Positions 35,133-42,478 of a stretch of 49,827 nt of DNA are shown here, piece by piece. A model generated the notes under the pieces. The model saw nothing but the letters and a program-made list of their open reading frames with translations, was not told the origin of the DNA and searched no databases. The stretch comes from Candidatus Staskawiczbacteria bacterium. GTDB taxonomy: Bacteria > Patescibacteriota > Minisyncoccia > Minisyncoccales > Staskawiczbacteraceae. The stretch is taken from NCBI GenBank assembly GCA_023245195.1, contig JAHFKU010000002.1, forward strand, positions 1 through 49,827, given 5' to 3'. The position numbers were made by a program, and so were the translations under genes. Position 1 is the stretch's first letter. Each line of letters opens with the position of its first letter.

Positions 35133-35357
35133 GTGGCAAAATTACCTTCGGTTTCAGGAAAAACAGCAATAAAAGCTTTTGTAAAGATTGGTTATATTAT
35201 TGCACGGTAGAAAGGAAGCCACATAAGATTACTGCATACAAGCAGGGATCCATTAACTATTCCAAACCACAAGTTACTAGGAAGAGGACTGTTAAGGAAA
35301 TTATTAAGAGACGCTCAATTATCTGTTAATGATTTTGTTAACCTGTTAAAAAATTAG
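35133..35357 (+). pseudogene. hicA: HicA-family toxin interrupted by an in-frame TAG (35208-35210)
   Basis: GTG start. VAKLPSVSGKTAIKAFVKIGYIIAR*KGSHIRLLHTSRDPLTIPNHKLLGRGLLRKLLRDAQLSVNDFVNLLKN. The stop replaces the Q of the conserved RQKGSH motif. Confidence 0.7.
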
Positions 35358-35361
35358 TCAC

Positions 35362-35415
35362 ATCCACATGCCCACCGATCCGCAAGAGAAATTTTTATGT
35401 GATGGATGCCAATAA
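35362..35415 (+). pseudogene. decayed duplicate of the nrdA 3' end
   Basis: ATCCACATGCCCACCGATCCGCAAGAGAAATTTTTATGTGATGGATGCCAATAA would encode IHMPTDPQEKFLCDGCQ*. The true nrdA end at 33860-33913 encodes IHMPTDPAEKNMCDGCQ*. Confidence 0.8.
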
Positions 35416-35481
35416 ATCTAAAAATTAAAAAACTATTTTTAAAAAGGTCTCGTATTAATTAATAATTCAATACTAAATTTT

Positions 35482-35667
35482 ATGGAAAGAGAAAAAATAA
35501 ATCTTGATAACAGCGAGAATTCACCAGATGAAAAGAGCATTTATAAAAAGGAGGAAAGAGAAATACTCAGGACAAGATTAGGCTTACCTATAGACGCAAC
35601 TGATCAAGAAATTAAATCAGCCAAGGAAAATGAGGATTTTCTTTATAATAGAGACAGTAAAGAATAG
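35482..35667 (+). CDS. hypothetical charged small protein
   Basis: 61 aa ORF with no recognisable family. Confidence 0.35.
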   Translation: MEREKINLDNSENSPDEKSIYKKEEREILRTRLGLPIDATDQEIKSAKENEDFLYNRDSKE

Positions 35668-35742
35668 CAAATAAAAATAGATGCCATTAATCGGTTTTTG
35701 TTTTTCAAAAAAATAACTATTGCAGTTTTTATTCATAAAAAT

Positions 35743-36225
35743 ATGCCTTTAGAAAGTGGACCAAGAGAAAGAAATAAAACCGAAGAAAGGGTTACGCAAC
35801 TTGGCAGCCAGCTTCACGATGAATGGCGCGCGACTCGTTACCGGGAAGAATCGAAAGATTACGAACCACAATTAAAGAAAACCGAAGACCAACTTTGGCA
35901 AATGGCCCATGAGGGAAAAACAGAGATCGATATTGCAAATACTAATTACCAGGATCTGCCGGAGGATTGGAAAGGAGAAAATAAAGCTTCTGCAGAGGTG
36001 ACTGTAACGGAAATTGAAAAAGCTGTGCAAGGTGGTGTTGAATTAGATGATGCTTTTGTTGAAAGTGCCAGTTCTATTTTGCACGACAAGTGGCTTGAAA
36101 GAAATGGCAGTTATGCTCCGCCAGAACAACAAAAGCCTTATGCAGAACTTTCAGAAGAAGAAAAGGAAAAAGACAGAGTTATTATTAGAAAAGGTATTGA
36201 AATATATAAAAACAAAAATAATTAA
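35743..36225 (+). CDS. RyR-domain-like protein (two repeats)
   Basis: Two repeats of the pattern LHDEWRATRY...Y / ILHDKWLERNG...PYAELSEEEKEKDR, as in the bacterial RyR domain (PF02026). ATG at 35743 is preferred. Confidence 0.5.
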   Translation: MPLESGPRERNKTEERVTQLGSQLHDEWRATRYREESKDYEPQLKKTEDQLWQMAHEGKTEIDIANTNYQDLPEDWKGENKASAEVTVTEIEKAVQGGVELDDAFVESASSILHDKWLERNGSYAPPEQQKPYAELSEEEKEKDRVIIRKGIEIYKNKNN

Positions 36226-36234
36226 AATAAAAAC

Positions 36235-36287
36235 CACCGAGCACTCAATGTGTTGAGTACTCGGTGAGAATTTATAAATAAATTCTC
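36235..36287 (+). promoter_or_regulatory. Double hairpin abutting the nrdB start codon; paralog of 10661-10720
   Basis: CACCGAGCACTCAA-TGTG-TTGAGTACTCGGTG, then GAGAATTTAT-AA-ATAAATTCTC ending at -1 of the ATG. Confidence 0.6.
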
Positions 36288-37283
36288 ATGCCAATATTAG
36301 GAAAAGCTTCGCCAGAAGACATGAATCTTCACCCCATGCGCTATCAATGGGCTTACGACCTTTACAACCAAGCTGTACGAAATACCTGGTTCCCCCACGA
36401 AATTGCTTTAAAAGAAGACTTGGAAGACTGGAATAAAATGACTGAAGACGAAAGACATGCGGTAAAGTTTACCATGGCTTTTTTTAATCCCGCTGAATTA
36501 ATCGTAAATCGTTCCATTGCCCTTGGCATTTACCCTTATTTAAAATCGCCCGAATGCCATTTGTACTTAGCCAAACAAATGTGGGAAGAAGCCAACCATT
36601 GCGTGGCGTTTGAATATGTTTTGGAAACGTTTCCGTTTGACCGCGAAAAAATATTTAATGTGCATTTAGAAACCCCTTCTATGCAGGCCAAAGAAGCCTA
36701 TGTGATGAAATATTTAAAACGGATGACCGAAGAAAAGCTGGATATAGAAACCCCTGAAGGCAAAAAAGATTTTATCCGTAATTTGGTGGCGACCAATATT
36801 GTCATGGAAGGAATCTGGTTTTATTCGGGCTTTATGGTGGCGCTTTCTTTCAGGCAACGGAATCAACTGCGAAATTTTGGCAGCATGGTTGACTGGGTGT
36901 TGCGCGATGAATCACTGCACTTAAAATTCGGCATCCAGCTTATTCAAACCGCTTTAGAAGAAAATTCAGAATTACTAACCGAAGAATTTGCCAATGAAAT
37001 AAAAAGTATTATCGTAGAAGGCGTAAATATCGAAAACGCTTACAATAAAGATTTGTTCCCCAATGGAATTTTAGGCTTAAATGCTGATTATGTAAACCAA
37101 TATGTGCAGTATGTGGCTGACAGAAGGCTGGCTGAACTGGGCTTACCAAAAGAGTATCATGTTACCAATCCCGCTAAATGGATGAGTACGGCAACGGATG
37201 TGCTGGAACTGGTAAACTTCTTTGAACAGCAAAATACCAAGTATGAAGTAGATTCGGGACATACTCAAAAACCAAAAGTATAA
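36288..37283 (+). CDS. nrdB: ribonucleotide reductase small subunit, class Ic-like (Phe at the radical Tyr position)
   Basis: Ferritin-like ligand motifs PAELIV, EEANH, MEGIWFYSGF and RDESLH. The residue four after the first His is Phe (HCVAF). Confidence 0.85.
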   Translation: MPILGKASPEDMNLHPMRYQWAYDLYNQAVRNTWFPHEIALKEDLEDWNKMTEDERHAVKFTMAFFNPAELIVNRSIALGIYPYLKSPECHLYLAKQMWEEANHCVAFEYVLETFPFDREKIFNVHLETPSMQAKEAYVMKYLKRMTEEKLDIETPEGKKDFIRNLVATNIVMEGIWFYSGFMVALSFRQRNQLRNFGSMVDWVLRDESLHLKFGIQLIQTALEENSELLTEEFANEIKSIIVEGVNIENAYNKDLFPNGILGLNADYVNQYVQYVADRRLAELGLPKEYHVTNPAKWMSTATDVLELVNFFEQQNTKYEVDSGHTQKPKV

Positions 37284-37311
37284 TTGACACACTTACTTAA
37301 AATAATATACT
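37284..37311 (+). promoter_or_regulatory. sigma70-like promoter (TTGACA-N16-TATACT), essentially leaderless
   Basis: TTGACACACTTACTTAAAATAATATACTTAGAACATG gives 31/37 identity with the minus-strand promoter at 7101-7137, with identical spacing to the ATG. Confidence 0.6.
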
Positions 37312-37317
37312 TAGAAC

Positions 37318-37608
37318 ATGCCAAAAGAAAACTCACTTACTAAAAAAGATATCCAAGAGTTACTGGATATACAAACCAAGGACGTAAAAGAATTACTAAA
37401 CAACCAAACGGCTGTTATTTTGGAAGCGGTAGATGAAAAGATTAAAGCGCTTGATGATAAATTCACTCGAAAAATCGATAAACTTACCACCACATTGGAT
37501 AAATTTTTAAAAAGAATGACTGACATGGAAGATGAATTTGAAATGATGAAATACGATTTAAATAAAATGAAAAAGATCATAAGGGAAAAGTTGGGCGTTG
37601 AATTGTAA
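37318..37608 (+). CDS. small coiled-coil protein, unknown function
   Basis: 96 aa, charged heptad-like sequence. Its promoter is shared with 6843..7103. Confidence 0.55.
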   Translation: MPKENSLTKKDIQELLDIQTKDVKELLNNQTAVILEAVDEKIKALDDKFTRKIDKLTTTLDKFLKRMTDMEDEFEMMKYDLNKMKKIIREKLGVEL

Positions 37609-37676
37609 GCTTAATTGCCTTTTTGAAACTTTGTGCTAAACTGAATTTAGCTCATCTTAACTAAAGGAGGAAAAAT

Positions 37677-38072
37677 ATGTCGGAGAGAGAGAAAACCGAA
37701 GAATCAAAACAGAATGAATGGTATAAAAAATACCCCATTGGAGATTTAAATCTTCAGGATTCAGAGGATATTTGGCGAGGTGCTTACCACCATATTTTAG
37801 ACCAATTTTCAAAAATGCTAGAAGAAGAACGTAAACAGAAAATAGAAGCACTAATTCCTCAGATAGATTCATGCATTCTTGACGTACAAGCACATTTTGA
37901 TTCAAAAGAAGAATTCTATTTAGATCAACGTAGTGGCGTTTATGGAGGAAGAGATGCAATTACTGATCCACGCGAGATGCAAGAATTAAAGTATGATATA
38001 TTTAAAATAAGGAATGATATGGATAACATAAAGAATTTTAAAAAATATCTTGAGAAACTTTTAGACTCATAA
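37677..38072 (+). CDS. hypothetical protein
   Basis: 131 aa with a strong SD (AAAGGAGG) 7 nt upstream. No recognisable family. Confidence 0.55.
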   Translation: MSEREKTEESKQNEWYKKYPIGDLNLQDSEDIWRGAYHHILDQFSKMLEEERKQKIEALIPQIDSCILDVQAHFDSKEEFYLDQRSGVYGGRDAITDPREMQELKYDIFKIRNDMDNIKNFKKYLEKLLDS

Positions 38073-38082
38073 CCATATAAAC

Positions 38083-38109
38083 AACTCGACTGAAATTTCG
38101 AGTTTTTTT
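38083..38109 (+). terminator. Intrinsic terminator
   Basis: AACTCGA-CTGAAATT-TCGAGTT followed by TTTTT. Confidence 0.65.
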
Positions 38110-38137
38110 ATTACATAAATTTTGCTACTATATATCC

Positions 38138-40294
38138 ATGATTAAATTATCAACCCCCATAGAAAACGTGCCCAATATTGGCCAGGCTTACCACAAAAAA
38201 CTCAAAAAATTGGGCATCAAAACCGTCCAGGATCTGTTATTTTATTTTCCCCTGCGATACGAAGATTTTTCTAACATCATTCCCATCAGCCAAATAAAAG
38301 TGGGTGAAGTAGTTTGCGTACAAGGCAGAATTATTGCTATAGAAAATACGCAAACCTTCAAAAAATGGATGACCATTACGGAAGTCGAAATTGAAGACGA
38401 AACGGGGAATATAAAAGCGCTGTGGTTTAACCAGCCATTTTTAACTAAATCTTTAAAAGAAGATGATTTTGTGTGCCTAGCCGGAAAAGTGACATTAAGC
38501 AAAAGCGGAGTTTATTTAAATAATCCTGCATTTGAAAAAATCAGTGAAATGTCAGATAACGACGATTTAACGCATACTGGGAGAATTGTCCCGATTTATT
38601 CTGAAACCAAAGGTGTAAGTTCTAAGTGGCTACGCTATATTATAAAACCGCTTTTGGAATATTTTTACGATAAACTTCCTGAAATGCTGCCCGATGAAAT
38701 TATAAAAAAACATAAATTTTTGCCGACTAAAGAAGCGATTTGGCAAATCCATTTTCCCGAATCGTTTGAGCATGCCGATGCCGCCAAAGCCAGATTCAGT
38801 TTTGAAAATTTATTTTTATTACAACTTTCTATTTTAAAACAGCGGGCTCGCCTGCTGCAAAAAACCGCGCCAGTTTGCAAGATGGATGCTAGTTTAATGA
38901 AACAATTTACCGAATCCCTCCCCTTTCAACTAACCGATTCACAGCGCCAGTGCGCCTTTACTATTTTAAAAGATTTGGAAAAATCGGCGCCTATGTCGCG
39001 ACTACTGGAAGGAGATGTCGGGTCGGGTAAAACGGTGGTGGCAACCATGGCGGCTTTAAGCACCATCAAAAACGGTTACCAGGTGGCTTTTATGGCGCCG
39101 ACAGAAATTTTAGCCAGCCAACACTTCAAAGGCATCTCAAAAATGTTGGAAAAGTTTAACGTAACAATTGGTTATTTAACGGGTAAAGAAAGTGTTATTT
39201 TTAAAAACGGAAAAATAACTGAAATTAAAAAGAAAGACTTGCTTTTGGAATTGCAGTTTGGCCAAATTGATATGCTTATTGGCACCCATACCCTGATTTC
39301 AAAAGGGGTGTTGTTTTCAAAATTAGCCCTGGTGGTCTTAGACGAACAACACCGCTTTGGAGTCAATCAACGCGCCCAATTGGTAAAAGATAAAAAGTTA
39401 ATCCCCCATTTATTGAGTATGACTGCGACACCTATTCCAAGAACGCTGGCCTTAACGGTGTACGGTGATTTAGATTTATCTTTGATAAAAGAAATGCCAA
39501 AAAACCGAAAGAAAATAAAAACCCTAATTATTGATTCAGAAGGCAGAAAAGATGCTTATGAATTCATCCGCAAAGAAGTCAAAGAAGGAAAGGGAGTGTT
39601 TGTCATCTGCCCGAAGATCGGCAAAGACGATGAAGAAAATAATCAGACCGCCATAAGCGGATCGTTTAGCGTTTCTAATTACAATCCTACGTTGTTTGGC
39701 GTATCAGAAATGAAAACCGTCAAACAAGAATATGAAAAACTTTCCAAAGAAATTTTTCCGGATCTTCGCATTACCATGCTCCATGGCAAAATGAAAAGCG
39801 ATGAAAAAGAACGGATCATGCAGGATTTTAAAAAAGGTGAAATAGACATTTTGCTTTCCACGTCAGTGGTAGAAGTGGGCGTTGATGTGCCGCGGGCCAC
39901 GGTTATGATGATTGAGGGAGCTGAACGGTTCGGCTTGGCCCAGCTTCATCAGTTTCGTGGAAGAGTGGGCAGAAGCGACATGCAAAGCTATTGTTTTTTA
40001 TTTACCACCGACCCAAGCCAATTAAATAGAAAACGGTTAAAAGCGATGATCGACTGCGATAACGGTTTTGAATTGGCGCAAAAAGACTTGGAAATTCGCG
40101 GACCGGGGCAATTATATGGGGCCCAGCAGTGGGGTCTGCCAGATGTAGCTATGGAAGGAATGCTCAATATATTTTTGGTTGAAAAAACCCGCCAGGCCGC
40201 CAAAGAAATATTAGAAAAAGATCCGGAATTAAGCAATCATGCACTACTTTTAGAAAATTTGAAAAAATTCAAGCAAAAGATACATTTTGAGTAA
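38138..40294 (+). CDS. recG: ATP-dependent DNA helicase RecG
   Basis: 718 aa with a wedge/OB N-terminus, Walker A DVGSGKT, DEQHRFG and the QLHQFRGRVGR motif. Confidence 0.9.
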   Translation: MIKLSTPIENVPNIGQAYHKKLKKLGIKTVQDLLFYFPLRYEDFSNIIPISQIKVGEVVCVQGRIIAIENTQTFKKWMTITEVEIEDETGNIKALWFNQPFLTKSLKEDDFVCLAGKVTLSKSGVYLNNPAFEKISEMSDNDDLTHTGRIVPIYSETKGVSSKWLRYIIKPLLEYFYDKLPEMLPDEIIKKHKFLPTKEAIWQIHFPESFEHADAAKARFSFENLFLLQLSILKQRARLLQKTAPVCKMDASLMKQFTESLPFQLTDSQRQCAFTILKDLEKSAPMSRLLEGDVGSGKTVVATMAALSTIKNGYQVAFMAPTEILASQHFKGISKMLEKFNVTIGYLTGKESVIFKNGKITEIKKKDLLLELQFGQIDMLIGTHTLISKGVLFSKLALVVLDEQHRFGVNQRAQLVKDKKLIPHLLSMTATPIPRTLALTVYGDLDLSLIKEMPKNRKKIKTLIIDSEGRKDAYEFIRKEVKEGKGVFVICPKIGKDDEENNQTAISGSFSVSNYNPTLFGVSEMKTVKQEYEKLSKEIFPDLRITMLHGKMKSDEKERIMQDFKKGEIDILLSTSVVEVGVDVPRATVMMIEGAERFGLAQLHQFRGRVGRSDMQSYCFLFTTDPSQLNRKRLKAMIDCDNGFELAQKDLEIRGPGQLYGAQQWGLPDVAMEGMLNIFLVEKTRQAAKEILEKDPELSNHALLLENLKKFKQKIHFE

Positions 40295-40426
40295 GGAGTA
40301 ATCACGAATATACCAATACGTTCAAATATACCAATATTACCAATATACGAATCTGTCCGGCCGTCGTGATTTGTATATTGGTAATATTTGTATATTGTTT
40401 TAGATTTGTATATTCGTGATTACTCC
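40295..40426. repeat. Palindromic intergenic element, GGAGTAATCACGAATATAC family, copy C
   Basis: Starts 1 nt after the recG stop. GGAGTAATCACGAATATAC ... GTATATTCGTGATTACTCC. The loop contains CCGTCGTGA. Confidence 0.85.
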
Positions 40427-40427
40427 T

Positions 40428-40586
40428 TAACGCCTTTTTTCGGTAACCACAAAACCGTCGCTTCGCTCCTTAGAAACCCACGGTTTCTAACGTCTCCGCT
40501 CACTTCGTTCGCGGGACTGTTTTCCTTCACGGGGAAAAATCCTTTTTCCCCGACCCCCTTCTCGGTTTTGGATAACAGAAAAGCGC
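40428..40586. repeat. tRNA-linked repeat family, copy L3 (downstream of the GT2 gene)
   Basis: Shares CCGTCGCTTCGCTCCTT (40455-40471 = 42167-42183) and the CACGG-GGGGA..TCCCC-GACCC..CTCGGTT module with L2. Ends in a 14-bp hairpin AACAGAAAAGCGCC/GGCGCTTTTCTGTT. Confidence 0.6.
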
Positions 40587-42143
40587 CTAACGGCGCTTTT
40601 CTGTTACCCAAAAACCCATGTATTTGCCCAGCATCAGACGGATTTGGGCGTCTAATGCCGGAAGGGCCCCAAAAATAATTAAGGTAAATGGCAGAAAAAT
40701 CCACTGTGCAAAAACCGATATTCGTTTAAAGCGGCTGACTCCTTTAGGAATTGGGGGCAAAATCAGCGTGCTTAAAATAGCAGAAACCAACATGCCAATT
40801 AAAGAAATGGTCATCACCCGGCCGGTCAAAATCGGCAAGTTAAAAGACAACACGGTAACATTGAAATTTTTCCCTCCAAGAAAAATCGGCAGCCAACCTA
40901 ACACAAAAAGCAGTAGCGATGCCGTTGCCCACGACCAATAGCCATCAACAACCGTATACATGTGCGAAACTTTTTTCCAAAAAGATATTTCATTATTTTG
41001 CAAAAAGCCAAACATAATATAAGGAATTTCGGCCGCACCCCAAGCCCAGCGTTTTTGTTGTTTGTATTGATTTATAATGGTTTTCCAAATGTTGGTTGAT
41101 TCTACCGCATCCATAGAAACCAAATAATACATCGGCACTACCCGATAATCGCCATTATAATAAAGATAGGCCCGCCAAAAAATCCGACTGTCATCGCAGA
41201 CCACATTAAAAGGATATCCGACTTCAAAAAACACTTTTCCTGGAATCGCATGGCTTGAATAGGTCGTCAGTTTTTCCGATCGCTCTTGCTGGATCATCTG
41301 CCAAAAAGTATTTGACGTAGAAACAACCCGGGCGAAAAAAGAAGCCCTCCAAATATTATTGTTATACACGGGAATCGGCTGATAGCTGGCACGAAGCGGA
41401 TTTTTTTCGGTTATATAATACCAAGTCAAACAAGAAAAATACTGAGGATAAATTTTGGTATCAATGTCAAAAGTAGAAATCAACAAATTTTCGTAGGGGA
41501 TTTTCAACGCATCAATGATCTTTTCTTTTACTATCTTGCCCGCATAGGCCACATTAGACCCCTTGCCAGCTATCTCTCCGGCAATGTTATTGGGATGTTG
41601 AACCAGTAAAAATTTTAAAAATACACTGGCATATTTTTTTTCTATGTTTTTTGCCATGGCATAAAATTCCTCGCCGGCTTTTTCTTCTATCGACAGCACA
41701 ACGATGATTCTTTCTTTAGGATAATCCGCTAACATTAAAGATTGAATGCTTTCCTGTATGATCTTTTCTCCTTCTTTATAGGTTGGCAGAATGACCAGGT
41801 GATAAATATCTTTCCAATCCTTGGCCACACCCAAACTCGGCGAAACATTCTTAAACTTCTTTAATTTTTCCAGCCAATCTATTTTCATGTGGCGCTTGAC
41901 CCGGTAATATCCGATAATCTGGTGCAACGAAAAATAAAAAATCCGGAAAAAATAATAGAAACAGTAGCAGATAACAAAAATAGAAATTTGGGCCGGAAAA
42001 AGCCATGAAAAAAGAAAGACTCCTATAAGAGTCCCGCAACTTATCATCCCCGGAATCATTTCAAATAAGCGATACCATTTACGTTCTTTGGGATTTTCAA
42101 TATCGCTAGCTTTGGAAATATTGAGATAGTCGGTTTTTTGCAT
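40587..42143 (-). CDS. processive family-2 glycosyltransferase, integral membrane (cellulose/chitin-synthase-like)
   Basis: 518 aa with N- and C-terminal TM helices, a GT2 core and the Q(Q)KRW motif (QQKRWAWGA). Confidence 0.75.
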   Translation of the reverse strand: MQKTDYLNISKASDIENPKERKWYRLFEMIPGMISCGTLIGVFLFSWLFPAQISIFVICYCFYYFFRIFYFSLHQIIGYYRVKRHMKIDWLEKLKKFKNVSPSLGVAKDWKDIYHLVILPTYKEGEKIIQESIQSLMLADYPKERIIVVLSIEEKAGEEFYAMAKNIEKKYASVFLKFLLVQHPNNIAGEIAGKGSNVAYAGKIVKEKIIDALKIPYENLLISTFDIDTKIYPQYFSCLTWYYITEKNPLRASYQPIPVYNNNIWRASFFARVVSTSNTFWQMIQQERSEKLTTYSSHAIPGKVFFEVGYPFNVVCDDSRIFWRAYLYYNGDYRVVPMYYLVSMDAVESTNIWKTIINQYKQQKRWAWGAAEIPYIMFGFLQNNEISFWKKVSHMYTVVDGYWSWATASLLLFVLGWLPIFLGGKNFNVTVLSFNLPILTGRVMTISLIGMLVSAILSTLILPPIPKGVSRFKRISVFAQWIFLPFTLIIFGALPALDAQIRLMLGKYMGFWVTEKRR

Positions 42144-42341
42144 ATACGTTTATCGGGATGTAGAACCCGTCGCTTCGCTCCTTCAAAACCCTGAGACGGG
42201 AATTCGGGTCAAGCCCGCAATTCTCGCGTCTTGCCGGTTTTGAATAATTTCCTACACGGAGGGGACACCAAGTTTCCCCTCCGACCCACCCCTCGGTTCA
42301 AATCCCGGTGGGGTCAATTTTTTGCAAACAAAAAATTTCTG
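42144..42341. repeat. tRNA-linked repeat family, copy L2 (between tRNA-Glu and the GT2 start)
   Basis: Contains the 56-nt core at 42185-42240, identical to the reverse complement of about 3564-3619. A 21-nt inverted copy of the tRNA-Glu 3' end sits at 42295-42315. Confidence 0.7.
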
Positions 42342-42416
42342 CGACCCCACCGGGATTTGAACCCGGGTTACAAGAGTGAAAATCTTGTGTCCTGGACCAG
42401 ACTAGACGATAGGGTC
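42342..42416 (-). tRNA. tRNA-Glu (anticodon TTC)
   Basis: Reverse complement GACCCTATCGTCTAG...CAAGA-TTTTCAC-TCTTG...GGGTTCAAATCCCGGTGGGGTCG folds as a cloverleaf. Confidence 0.85.
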
Positions 42417-42478
42417 AATAATATTGATATTATGCTTCAAAAATTGAAAAAAAGCAAGATTTAGTATATAAAAGACGT

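Noticed and set aside
35208-35210. TAG in hicA as evidence of an alternative genetic code
   Set aside because: TAG, TAA and TGA all terminate well-supported genes in this window (e.g. secG and the cupin PGI end in TAG, ssb in TGA). Long housekeeping ORFs are intact under the standard code.
36047-36256. ORF 36047..36256 (+)
   Set aside because: It is an alternative frame inside the RyR-like gene with a lysine-rich low-complexity product.
40388-40704. ORFs 40388..40678 (+) and 40420..40704 (-)
   Set aside because: They lie inside palindrome copy C and repeat L3 and overlap the GT2 gene end. Both strands are open only because of the repeat composition, and there is no start context or homology.
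42231-42464. ORF 42231..42464 (+)
   Set aside because: It reads through repeat L2 and antisense through tRNA-Glu.
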